From: a virus | Strand: one strand, 5' to 3' | IMG/VR virus record: IMGVR_UViG_3300044951_001239 | Span: 1-64,000 of that record | Length of the DNA stretch: 64,000 nucleotides | In this document: piece by piece, positions 37,180 to 50,000 of the stretch | Numbering within the stretch: position 1 is the stretch's first letter | How the letters are laid out: every line of letters begins with the position of its first letter | The notes under the pieces: model-generated | Database searches by the model: none | The model's input: the letters and a program-made list of their open reading frames with translations, nothing else | What the model was told of the DNA's origin: nothing | Position numbers and translations under genes: made by a program

Positions 37180-37629
37180 ATGGTTGCATATAAGGGCTTT
37201 TCTACAATTAACGCTAATACCCCGAAGTCTACTAATCTTCAAACGGGTCCTGCTGGTGGCACCGGTTCACCTGTAACGCCCTATAATGTAGGTAATAAAT
37301 TTGGATTAGTTGATGGACCATTGGTTATACAAGATTTAGTCAATGCATTAAACATTCGTCAAGGGGAAAAGGTGGGAAATCCTGGCTATGGGACCACACT
37401 CTGGAGTTTTGTATTCGAACCAAACACAGCAGATGTGCAATTTCAATTGGAAAATGAAATACGCAGAGTTGCCGGGCAAGATCCCCGTCTTATAATAAAC
37501 ACTGTTAGGGCATTCCCGCAAGAAAATGGCATATTGCTAGAAGTTGAAATGGCGGTATCTCCATTCAATCAAGCTAGTTTATTAAGTGTTTTCTTTAATA
37601 GTGCTACTAATATAGCAGTTTTACAGTAA
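37180..37629 (+). CDS. gp25: Baseplate wedge subunit (gp25-like)
   Basis: YKGFST, LVIQDLVNALNIRQGEKVGNPGYGTTLWSFVFEP and DPRL motifs; start MVAYKG. Confidence 0.88.
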   Translation: MVAYKGFSTINANTPKSTNLQTGPAGGTGSPVTPYNVGNKFGLVDGPLVIQDLVNALNIRQGEKVGNPGYGTTLWSFVFEPNTADVQFQLENEIRRVAGQDPRLIINTVRAFPQENGILLEVEMAVSPFNQASLLSVFFNSATNIAVLQ

Positions 37630-37658
37630 ATCTAAAAACCCCAGGTTATTAGGTATGA

Positions 37659-37664
37659 TAAATA
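37659..37664 (+). promoter_or_regulatory. Late promoter upstream of the gp6-like gene
   Basis: GATAAATAC 17 nt before the ATG. Confidence 0.65.
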
Positions 37665-37681
37665 CTTAAAAGAGAATAACT

Positions 37682-40600
37682 ATGGCAACCTCATCTAGAC
37701 AATCAGCATTATTTGGAGTAAATGACTGGAAGGCCATTTACCAAACCTTCAATCAAGCCGATTTTCGTAGCTTTGACTATGAAACTTTGCGTAAAAGTTT
37801 CATAGATTATCTGCGCCTGTACTATCCTGAAACATTCAATGATTACATTGAAAGTTCAGAATTTATTGCCTTACTTGATGTTATGGCGTTCATGGGACAA
37901 GGACTTGCTTTCCGCAATGACTTAAATACTCGTGAAAATTTCATTGATACTGCTGAACGCAGAGATAGTGTTATTAAGCTAGCAAACTTAGTTAGTTATA
38001 CCCCTAAAAGAAATTTAGAAGCACAAGGATATTTGAAAGTAACAAGTGTTCGTACTACTCAAAATATCACAGATTTAAATGGGTTTAATCTAGGCAATGT
38101 TCCTGTATTATGGAACGATCCAGCTAACCCAAATTGGTTAGAACAATACAATACTATCATTAATGCAGCATTAATCAATACACAACGAGTTGGATTACCA
38201 GCCAATTCATCACAAATTCTTGGGATAAAAACTGACGAATACACATTACAGATTCCCGCAGGTTCAGTGCCAGTAGTACCGTTTAGTAATTTAGTTAATG
38301 GTTTAAATATGAATTTTGAATTGTGCAGTGTAAGTACCGTTGGAACAGATTATGTTTATGAAATTCCTCCTGCACCAACTAATAGATTCAATATGCTTTA
38401 TCGCAATGATAAATTGGGTTACGGTAGTCCAAACACAGGGTTCTTCTTTTACTTTAAACAAGGGTCATTGACAAATTTTGACTTTACTCTACAAAATCAA
38501 ATCTCAAATCAAGTAATTGACATTGGTGATATCCAAGGGGTTAATAACACTGATACTTGGTTGTATCAGGTTAGTCAAGTGAATGGGACATTTGGATTAT
38601 GGAAAGACGTAGATAATATCTATGCTGATGCATACTTGCAAACTGAGAATTCTGTTAAACAAATTTATTCGGTTAATAGTAGATTTAATGACCAAGTTAG
38701 TTATATATTTGGCGACGGGGTATTCAGTCAAATACCAGTGGGTACTTTCAGAGCATATGTACGTGCGGGCAATGCATTAACTTATACTATTCAACCCACT
38801 GATATGCAAGGGTTATCAGTGTCAATTAATTATGTAAGTAGAATTGGCAGAGTTGAAACATTAACATTAGGGTTGTCATTGCAAATACCGGTGTCAAATG
38901 CACAGGTTCGTGAGTCATTGGCAAATATTAAACAACGTGCGCCAAGTCGTTACTATACACAAAATCGTATGGTTAACGGGGAAGATTATAACAATTTTCC
39001 GTATACATTATATAGTTCAATAATCAAATCAAAGGCTATCAATCGTAGTAGTGTTGGTGTAAGCAAAAATCTAGACTTGCTTGATCCATCCGGAAAGTAC
39101 TCTAGCACAAACAGTTATGCAAATGATGGCGGCACTTGGTTAGACAACACCAATGGGTATGCAACACTTAACATAACTAGTACCGGTGATATTATTACGT
39201 TCTTAACTGGAACATTAGCTGCTATCTTGGCTGATAATAGATCGTCACAATACTATACTCAAAACTATACCAGATACAGCATCAATACGGCATCTGGTGA
39301 TGGTACATTATATTGGAACACTAGTACAGTAGATGCCAACAGTTTATCAGGATATTTTTACAATATTACTAACGGAGCAGATACTCCCGTCCCTGTAGGA
39401 ACGTATTCATCACACAATGCAAAGTATATTACTTCAGGTGCATTACTTAAATTTATAGCGCCATCGGGTTATTATTTTGATAGCAACAACCGATTGGTAA
39501 GTGGAGTAGCTGGACCGTCAAACACTACATATATTTGGATTACTGTATTAAATGTAATTGGTGACGGATTCAATAATGGCTTAGGTCAATTTGCAAATGG
39601 TTCAGGACCTATAACTTTAAATAGCTATGTTCCCAACGGTGCAATCTTAACAGTAGTTCTACCCTCATTCAGCAACGCATTGCCTAATAGTGTCATACAA
39701 GAATGTATTGTTAGACTAGATTTACAACAAAACTTTTCATTAGTATTTAATAATTCATTGACCATTAATCAAAATCGTTGGCATATTGATATTTACAATG
39801 CATCTAACTATTTTGTAAACTTTGAGAGTGTTGGCAATAATAGATACACTGTAACTTATCGTTCACTGGCATATTACTTTGGTAGTGTTGCAGATACTAG
39901 ATTTATATATGATGCAGGTAAATTAGTATATGATCCGTTATCCGGAATCATACTTCAAGATTTTGTTAAAGTATTGGTTACTAATACACAACCTAATAGT
40001 AATTACGCATTGAGTACCCCTGTAACCACTAGTATTGTTGGCCAAACTGTTGAAAGTGACGGTTATATAAATGATTTTGAAGTTGAAGTTGCTAGTATTG
40101 ATGTTAATAATAGAAGCATAATTCAGAATCCCGATTTCTTCAATGAAATCACCGGGTATGTTACCGGTAGCACAAACATTGGAGTATATGCATTCTTTGA
40201 AACAATACAAGATGCTATTAATTTAACTCGTCAAGATTTGATAGCTTCCTCTACCGTGGCATATCAATATTCAACCACTACTCAAATTGAAATTGTAAAA
40301 TATGAATATCCAGTTGGTCAATTATTCTATGCATTTTCTGAAAATGTGTTCTATATAACTGTGCAAGATCCAATAATAACAACCCCGTATTTTGTACTAG
40401 TTGCTCAACCTCAGTATAGCATGAAGCCTGGTCGTCAAGGGTTGCAATTCCAATATCGGCATAATAGTAATAATACTACACGCATTGATCCTGCTACAAC
40501 CAACATAATTGATTTGTATGTAGTTACACAGGCATACTATACTGCTTATCAAAATTGGATTCAAGATATTACAAACACCGTTCCTGTACCATTGAAACCT

Positions 40601-41056
40601 ACTATCAATCAACTAAGCACCGAGTATAGTCAGATACAAGATTATAAAATGTTAACGGATAGTGCAATATTAAACAGTGTGGTGTTCAAGCCATTGTTTG
40701 GGCCTAAAGCAGCATCTGCATTAAGAGCAACAATAAAAGTTATTAAAAATTCTAATACCAATGCCAGTGATAGTGAAATTCGTAGTGCTGTATTAACACA
40801 AATGAATAATTATTTCAACATTAACAATTGGAACTTTGGTGACACTTTTTACTTTAGTGAATTAAGTGCTTATATCCACACTAACATAGGTGGCTTGGTG
40901 AGTTCTTGTGTATTGGTACCCAACGACCCTACACTACATTTTGGAGATTTATATGAAATTAAATGTTTACCTTACGAGATATTCGTTAACGCAGCTACAT
41001 CAAACGATGTACTTGTTATAGCAGCACTAACCCCCGCCCAATTGCAGATGGCATAA
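37682..41056 (+). CDS. gp6: Baseplate wedge protein (gp6-like)
   Basis: DFETLRKS-type N-terminus, RENFIDTAERRDSVIKLANLVSYTPKR, FGDGVF and QNRMVNGEDY motifs. Confidence 0.85.
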   Translation: MATSSRQSALFGVNDWKAIYQTFNQADFRSFDYETLRKSFIDYLRLYYPETFNDYIESSEFIALLDVMAFMGQGLAFRNDLNTRENFIDTAERRDSVIKLANLVSYTPKRNLEAQGYLKVTSVRTTQNITDLNGFNLGNVPVLWNDPANPNWLEQYNTIINAALINTQRVGLPANSSQILGIKTDEYTLQIPAGSVPVVPFSNLVNGLNMNFELCSVSTVGTDYVYEIPPAPTNRFNMLYRNDKLGYGSPNTGFFFYFKQGSLTNFDFTLQNQISNQVIDIGDIQGVNNTDTWLYQVSQVNGTFGLWKDVDNIYADAYLQTENSVKQIYSVNSRFNDQVSYIFGDGVFSQIPVGTFRAYVRAGNALTYTIQPTDMQGLSVSINYVSRIGRVETLTLGLSLQIPVSNAQVRESLANIKQRAPSRYYTQNRMVNGEDYNNFPYTLYSSIIKSKAINRSSVGVSKNLDLLDPSGKYSSTNSYANDGGTWLDNTNGYATLNITSTGDIITFLTGTLAAILADNRSSQYYTQNYTRYSINTASGDGTLYWNTSTVDANSLSGYFYNITNGADTPVPVGTYSSHNAKYITSGALLKFIAPSGYYFDSNNRLVSGVAGPSNTTYIWITVLNVIGDGFNNGLGQFANGSGPITLNSYVPNGAILTVVLPSFSNALPNSVIQECIVRLDLQQNFSLVFNNSLTINQNRWHIDIYNASNYFVNFESVGNNRYTVTYRSLAYYFGSVADTRFIYDAGKLVYDPLSGIILQDFVKVLVTNTQPNSNYALSTPVTTSIVGQTVESDGYINDFEVEVASIDVNNRSIIQNPDFFNEITGYVTGSTNIGVYAFFETIQDAINLTRQDLIASSTVAYQYSTTTQIEIVKYEYPVGQLFYAFSENVFYITVQDPIITTPYFVLVAQPQYSMKPGRQGLQFQYRHNSNNTTRIDPATTNIIDLYVVTQAYYTAYQNWIQDITNTVPVPLKPTINQLSTEYSQIQDYKMLTDSAILNSVVFKPLFGPKAASALRATIKVIKNSNTNASDSEIRSAVLTQMNNYFNINNWNFGDTFYFSELSAYIHTNIGGLVSSCVLVPNDPTLHFGDLYEIKCLPYEIFVNAATSNDVLVIAALTPAQLQMA

Positions 41057-41079
41057 GTATTGTATAGAGATTAATAAAC

Positions 41080-44000
41080 ATGGCAACAAGAATTAGGACA
41101 TTAGATTTTCTTCCAGAGATATTTAAAACCACGACCAATGCACAATTTTTAGCAGCAACGCTAGATCAATTAGTTGCACAACCCAATACTAAAAAGATTC
41201 AGGGTTATATTGGTAGTAAATTTGGATATGGTATTAATGCCAAAGATCGTTATGTAATCGAACCCACTAAATCAAGAACTGATTATCAATTGGATCCGGG
41301 AATTATTTTCTTAAAAGAAAATAATTCAACTGCAAAAGATTTCATTAGCTATCCTGGCATCATAGATGCATTGACGTTAGAAGGTGGATTAACTGCCGAT
41401 AATAACAGATTGTTCAACAATCAATTTTATTCATGGGATTCATTTACTAATTTAGATACAATCATTAACTTTAATCAATACTACTGGTTGCCAGAAGGCC
41501 CAGAACGGGTGATAGTAGCGTCTAATATTGTTTACAGTTCAGCAAACTTTGTTGTTCAACCCGAAGCCAACTCTTATTTAATTTCTTCAGAAACACTTGT
41601 TAATCCTAGTGCTAACCCAACATTAACTCTACTAAGAGGTGGGCAATATACTTTTACAGTAAATCAAAATACTCAGTTTTGGATTCAAGGAGAACCGGGC
41701 GTTACCGGATTAAGTCCAACTCAACGAAATGTACAAACTCGTGATGTATATGGAGTTATAAACAACGGGATAACTAATGGGGTCGTTACATTTAATGTTC
41801 CTCAGAAAAATGCACAAGACGACTTCATTTTCCCAGGTGATAATACAGTAGGTGTTGTTTCCACATTACCATTTGATCAAGTAAACGGGGCATTAGTAAA
41901 CGAAATCGGGGGTATTGACGGAGTAACTGCATTAGACGGATTGACCGTCATGTTTTACAATACCGGCGATACAAATGAAGAGGTAACTTCAACTTTCTAC
42001 ACTATAAGTTTATCTGGAGACATTGACGACCCACTGATTCAATTGACCGCTACCGCAGCAATTCCTACTAATCAAAAGATAACTGTCTCATACGGGGTAG
42101 AGTGGACAAACAGAAATTTTTATAGAAGTTCAATTGGTGTAATAACATTAGAGCCATACAACAGTGCAATACTAGATAAATTGTACTACCAAGATGGTAC
42201 TATCCCCGGTCGTGTTGGTGTTATCAATTTAATTGAAAATAATGTTTTAAATCAAATTAATGTAGAAACTGACATTTTAGGTAAGATTAACTATACTTCT
42301 ACAAATGGTGTTATCTTTACCAATGGATTAAAAGTTCTTTTTCAGGGTGATATATACCCTGAAAGTTTTAATAATGTAGAATTTTATGTTGAGGGTGTAG
42401 GTACAGCAATTGAATTAATACCGGTATCTACACTTGTTTCACCTGGATTATTTTCGGCTGCAGCATATATTCCATTTGATACTACCCCATTTGACATAGG
42501 TAATTATGATTCAAGTTTGTATATTCCAATATATCCTGATTATATAACTATTGCTAGAAACGCTATCAATAGAAATCCATGGTCAAGAAGCAATCGTTGG
42601 TTTCACATTGATGTTATCAATGCAACGGCGGAATATAATAACACCCCGGAATTAGTTACAGAGTATACTCAATTAGGTAATAAAGCAAAACGACCAATCA
42701 TTGAATTTTATCCTAATCTTAAATTATTCAATAGTGGTGCTGTAGGTAAAAATCCAATTGACTTTATTGATACTAAAACAACTGATGCATTTACTTATGT
42801 AGCCGGGCAAACTATTTATTACCCAGATACCGCTGGGTACACCACTGCTACAGCAACTATTGCTCCAATAACCGGCGCAATAACAAAGACCGCAACCGCA
42901 ACTTTACCATTAATAAATCAAGTGGTATTAGATAGCACAACTGGAATACATATCAATGACACTATAACTTTTACTGGCACTGCATTCGGAGGATTAAGCA
43001 CTGACCCTACAAACAATGCTAACAGATATTATATTCTTGACATTGTTAATTCTACTAATGTTGTAATATCAGCAACTAAACAAGGAACCTCTGTAATAGT
43101 AACTACCGGCACAGGAACAATGTCAGCGGCAGTTTATCCATATAGCACTACTATAACAATGCCAAGTACAGATGTATTTGGGTTATTCACTGCAGGGCAG
43201 TATATAACTGATTCCACTGGTCTACTACCTTCAATTACTTTTGTGTCTACGATTAGTGTTGTAGGTTCTAATACTGTTATTACTGTATCTTGGTATAACC
43301 AATCAATCGTAGCAGGTACTTCAGTTGCATCAGTGGTAACTGCTGATACGCCATTGGATAATTATGCATTGTTTGACGGCTCAAGAGTGGTATTTGCAGT
43401 TGATAGTGACAGCAATGTTAGAAATAAAATATATGTTTCACGCTTTTCTACAATACAGCCAGGTAGTATACCAGTTATTACGCTTACAGAAGCGACTGAG
43501 GGTTTAGTTTTACTAGATGAGCAAACAGCAGTTTATAGAGGATATAATTACAGTGGTAAAGATTTCTTCTTTGATGGGGTTGACTGGATAGAAGGCCAAC
43601 AAAAATCTCAATTAAATCAACCACCTAAATTTGATATATATGATGGCAATGATATAAGTTTTGGTGACCATGCAGTTTATGTCGGAACATCATTTTCAGG
43701 TTGCACATTGTTTTCATATGGCATAGGATCAGGATCAAATGATACAGTACTGGGTTTCCCGTTAAGCTATAGTTCGGTTAATAATGTAGGTGACATAAGT
43801 TTTGATGTAACCTTAAATTCTGATACCTTCACATATGTTCAAGGTTTGAATTCAATTACAGAGTACGTAAACAAGGGTTACGTTTATAACTACTCAATAA
43901 CACCCGGTATTGAACCTGTAATTGTTAGGCAGTTAGGATGGCAAACTGCGGTGTCGCCTAGTGTGCAATATCAAATTTTTGAATTTGATTATGATGTATT

Positions 44001-47000
44001 AACAAATACAAATAATACTTTCATATGTGATATAGCACCTATTCTTACCACACCCACTCAGTGGCCAATGATTCAAGTTTATGTTAACAATATTTATGTA
44101 CCAAACACAGAATGGCAGGTTCTTGGTCCAGTGTCTGACACATCAACAACTATTAATATTCCAGTTATTCCTACGACAAATACAGTAGTACAAATTTTAA
44201 TTTTAAGCGATCAAGTAAGCAGCACTGCTTACTTTCAAACACCTATTAACTTAACTAACAATCCATTTAATACATCTGTTACAACTGCTAACATAGGTGA
44301 CATTCGCGGGCAGTATCAAAGTATTTTCTTTAACAATCCTAATACAACAGGTGTTGTTTTTGGCTCAAACAACTATCGTGATTTGGGTAATTTAGTTCCG
44401 TGGGGCAATAGAATTATACAGAATAGTGCCTCACTGGTTTTACCTGGAACTTTCTTACGAAATCAAGATCACAATTTATTCAACTCATTGTTGTATAATA
44501 GCAGACAATATATAACATTTAAGACATTATTAGTAGATACCGTTAACAATTCAGATTATTCTAGAATACTGACCCCATCACAAATGTTAGATGATGCATT
44601 GGGTCAGATTAATGCACCAAAGGTAGAATCTCAATCGTTTTTCTGGAGTGATATGTTGCCTTCTAAGGCTCCCTACATCACAAATACATATAATTTTGCA
44701 AATACATTAGATATAAGTGTTTATCCTCTGAGCCATATCTATAATTTTGCTACTGCAAATTATAATGGTATACTGGTATATTTGACTCGGGACAATGTAC
44801 AAACACAATTGATTAGGGGAATTGAATACACGGTTAGCACTGATAGTCCTTCGTTGACGGTTACTCTTTCACTAGACGTAAATGATCAAATTACTGTTAA
44901 AGAATTTAATCAAACATATGGAAGTTATGTTCCAAATACTCCAACTAAGCTGGGCTTGTATCCTGCAACTATTCCTAGTGTTACCCTAGATACCGCTTAT
45001 AGTCCTGCAACATATTTCATTGTGGGACACGACGGATCATTCAATAAACTGTATGGTAGTTATGATTCACCTACAAGTACATTGGTTGATTTCAGAGACC
45101 AAGTACTACTTGAATATGAAATTCGGGTATACAACAACTTGAAATTAAGTGAAACGGTTCCTGCAGGTTCATATCAAAGTGTAATTATTCCTGGATTCTT
45201 TAGAACCACTGATTATTCAACTGATGAGTTCTTGCAAATTTATAGTGAATTGTTTTTAAATTGGGTTGGGCAAAACAGAATTGATTATAAAACACAATTC
45301 TATAATACAAATAATCAGTTTACTTACAACTATAGAGACAGCGGCAACCAACTAAACAATCAACCAATTGAACAAGGTAATTTCAGAGGTGCATACTTAT
45401 TCTTCTATGACACCAGCACACCGAACGAAACTCCTTGGCAGATGTTAGGTTTGGCAAATCAGCCAACCTGGTGGACTAGTCGTTATGGTCCTGCACCGTA
45501 TACCAGTGATAACTTGGTGTTATGGGGCGACTTAGAAACAGGTACTGTTTGGAATGACGGAACCCCGTTTATTAAACCTAGCTATGCCCGTCCCAATTTA
45601 TCAAAGATAATACCAGTAGATAGTAATGGTGATTTATTATCACCGTTTGATTCATTAGTTGGTAATTATGATCAATATCTATTCCAGCGTGATTGGATAG
45701 TAGGTGATGTTGGCCCGGCAGAATTCAGCTATCGTAGAAGCAGCACTTGGCCCTTCGACTTGATGCACATTCTTGCTGTAACCAAACCAACAGAATTCTT
45801 CAACTTGGGTGTTGAGGTTGACACCTACAAATATAATGTAGAATTTAATCAATATCTAGTAAATGATAGAAGTCATTTGGTAATAAGTGACATTCCAATA
45901 TACGGAACAGGTACACCTGCAACTAGCTATATCAACTGGATTGTTGACTATGAAAAACAACTTGGTGTAGATGCAACAGCTAATATATCTACTCTGTTGG
46001 ACAATTTAGATGTTCGTTTAGTATATCGTGCAGCAGGCTTTAGTGATAAGAACCTGTTAAAGTTCTTTGTTGAAAAGAGTTCAGCAAATAGTAATAACAG
46101 TTCATTGTTGATACCCGATGAAAGTTATGGATTATTGTTGTACGAAAATCAACCATTTGACAGAATTATCTACAGTGGCGTAGTAATACAAATAACTGAA
46201 AATGGTTATAAAGTTTTTGGTAACTCACAAACTAATGCATATTTCAAAACTCTTACACCAAAATTTGGCGGAACCATTCAAACAATTACGGTTGAAACAT
46301 TAACAGTAAAAGTTACAGATAGGTTTACTGATACTATACAAGTGATTCCTTATGGAACTGAATTTTATAACACACAGCAAGTAGCACAGTTTTTAATTAG
46401 CTATGGTGAATTTTTAATAAGCCAGGGTGTTGTATATGAAGAAATTGAAAATGGTATTCCAATTCAATGGCAACAAATGGTTGCTGAATTCTTGTATTGG
46501 GCGCAAACAGGATGGGATCTTGGTTCTATTACAACAATCAATCCCTCAGCTAACTTAATAACTATTAACAAAGAAAGTAGAATTGTTCAGCCATTAACAC
46601 TAAGTCAAAAAAACTTCTTGTTGAATCAAGATTTATATCCAATCTCAACAAGTAATTTAAATATTACCCGTGAGGGAACTGCATTTGCAGCCAAAACATT
46701 AAACGTAGGTGATGCTATTAGCTATGGTCAATTCAATATCAGTAATATTGAAAATGGTATAGTTTTTGACAATGTTACTTTGTTCAATGATGTAATTTAT
46801 AATTTAGTCACTGGATTAAGACAATATCGTATCTCTGTCAATGGTTCATTAACTGCTGATTGGACCGGTAATGTTGATGCAGCTGGATTTATCTTAAATC
46901 AAGATAATGTAAAAGAGTGGGATAATACACTTAAATATACTGCCGGGGCTATTGTTCAATATAAAAATAAATATTGGTCTGCGCTTAGAATAATACAACC

Positions 47001-50000
47001 AAGCATATTGTTCAGGGAACTTGATTGGAAAGAAACAACTTATGATCAAATTCAAAAAGGATTATTACCCAATAATCAAACTCGTTCATATGAAAGTACC
47101 TTGTATTATGACGTAAACAACGCTAATTTAGAAAATGATGCAGACTTATTATCATTCTCTTTGATTGGATATCGTCCAAGGGATTATCTAGCACTAGTTG
47201 ATTTGACTGACGTTACTCAAGTTAATGTTTACAAAAACTTAATTAAAAATAAAGGTACATTAAATGCAGCTAGCGCATTTAAGGGTGCAAATTTACCACA
47301 GGGCGGGATTGATTATACCTTATATCAAAATTGGGCTATCAAGTCCGGTGAATTTGGTGGTATATTAAACAACAATTTTATTGAGTTTAGACTTGATCAA
47401 CCTGAATTAGTTGGTAATCCTTCTATTGTAGGTTTAACTTCCGGGGTATTTATAGATGGAGTACAACAACAAGTACCGCTATATAGCGTGTTTAACTATG
47501 GAAGACCAATAACAACTGTTGATATATTACCTACTATTTCAGACTTGCAACTATCATCATTATATCCTACTGCCGGATATGTTAATTTAAATGATGTTAA
47601 AATGGCCAGCTATTTTTATTCTGGATTACCAACAGCGCAAAACGCTGCCGGGACTACAGTTCCGATCAGTCAGTTTTATGTGCGTGATTATGTTTGGGTA
47701 GCAAACTATCTTTCAACATGGCAAGTTTACACCCCTGCTAGTTTAGGCTCAGTTATTAATGCCAAGAACAATTTAAATAATACTGTAACCATAACATTCA
47801 GTCAAGCACACAACTTGAAAAGATATGAATCTTTTGCAATTGTTAATTTTAATGTTGCAATTGATAATTATTACATTGTGGCTGCTGTTGTGGATCCGTT
47901 CAATGTTATTATAAACCTGTCATTGAACCCACAAATAAAAAATATTAATAGTCAAGGGGTAGGTTTCAGATTACAAAGTCAACGGGTGGCAACTGCCCCT
48001 GAAATAGGCACTTTGCCTTTGCTAGATAATGAGTTTAATAAATTAAAAGTTTGGGTCGATACCAACAACGATGGTAGCTGGGCTGTATATCGCAAGAGTT
48101 TAAATTATCAATTTGATACCGAAATTGTAAATCCAGCAAGTGAAACTTTTGGTAGCGCAGTTGCGTATGCTTCTAGCTTTGGTTACTTATTAGGTGATAG
48201 TGAAACTGGTGAAGTCTATCGCTATAAATATAACGCACTCAATAATTCTTACATATCATACCAAACAATAACACAAACTACTTCGTTTGGTGCAAACATA
48301 TCGTATGTTAATAACTTGTTTGTTATTTCTCAACCGACAGGAACACCTAAGGTTTATGTATATCAATACATAGATACACAAGCATTGAATACATTAGAAT
48401 TGTATCAACTCATTGCGGCCCCTGGTGGAGTAACTACATGGGGAACTTCAACTGCATTATCAGGTGATCAAAACTGGCTTTATGTTTCTGACATTGATAA
48501 CAATAGTGTTTATGCTTATCGTAGAGCAGCTTATGAGGTCACGGCTGGCAACTTTGTTTCTGCAAACACCTACACTATTACCAGTTTAGGTACTACTGAT
48601 TTTACATTAATTGGTGCATCCAGTAATGCAGTAGGAACAATATTCGTGGCAAGTGGCGGTGGCACCGGCACCGGCACTGCTACAAATTCTACATATGAAT
48701 TAGCACACCTTATTGACGGGGATGCATTAGGATTAACAAGCGCAGGTGACAATTTTGGTTATTCAATCTCAACCGATTACTATGGTGATACAGTCGTTAT
48801 TGGAACTCCGCAGCAAGATTATGATGTAAATACACAAAACTACGGGTATACCTATGTATTCTCTAGGACTGTTCAGAATTTTGAATCTCAGTCAGCTAAT
48901 CAAGCATATGTTCCAGTAGCGATACCGGTAGCATGGACACCAATTACAGTTACCCAAACTGCAACAGCAACTACCGCGTCAACAGACAGAATTACAGTAA
49001 GTAGTAGCACTGGGTTTACAGTCGGTGATCCTGTCGTATTCTCGGGCACCATTATATCTGCTGGGGCACTTGCACTAAACGCTGTTTATTATGTATTGGC
49101 CAAGCCAACATCAACTACATTCACTATCTCAACTACACGCAATGGTAGTGCGGTACAACTAGTTGATGATACTGGTAGTATGACAGTAACCGTTCAGACA
49201 AGTCCGTTGTTTGTCACTGTTAATGGAACTTCACTGGAAGATAACTATTATGCTGTGATTGGTTCTACACTAAACATATATAGTGGAGCAACCCCTACAT
49301 TAAATGCAGGTGACATAGTAAATATTAGTGGTTCTAACTTTGTATTAGCACAAACACTAACTAATGAGGAAACTCCAAGAGTTGGTGTTCAATTTGGATT
49401 AAGTACAGATACTAATACATTTGCAAATGAAATATTAGTTGGAGCCCCATTTGAATTAAGTGCAGAGAACTACGAGGGTGCGGTTCATAGATATACTAAT
49501 AGTGGAGAAAGATATGGTACTATCATTGGCACGACTGCGTGTAACATAACTACTCCTAGAACTGTTCTATTGAATGGATATAGAGTCGTGCTACCAATCG
49601 GCAATGCAACCTCTGCGGTGGCAAATATCAACTTGTTAGGGCTTACGAATATACAAGCAAGTGAAGTAAATGATAATTTAGTAATATCACTGATTAATGT
49701 TGATTTAGCCATTGCAGGAAACAAACTGTCATTAACAGTATTAGATTCAGCTACATTAGGTGAAATGGGTGTTGAATTGTACCAGCAAACACAAAAGGTA
49801 ACTTCCCCCCACGTACAAGGTCGAACTCAATTTGGAACTGTAGTAAAGTTTGATAAGTCTAATTCTGGTTCATTTATAGCAAGTGCTCCAGTAGGAACTA
49901 GATATGCAAGTACAACATTTGACTTCTTTGACGATGAAATAGATAATGACACTGTATTTGATAACAACGCCACTCAGTGGGTTGACACATTCACCAATGC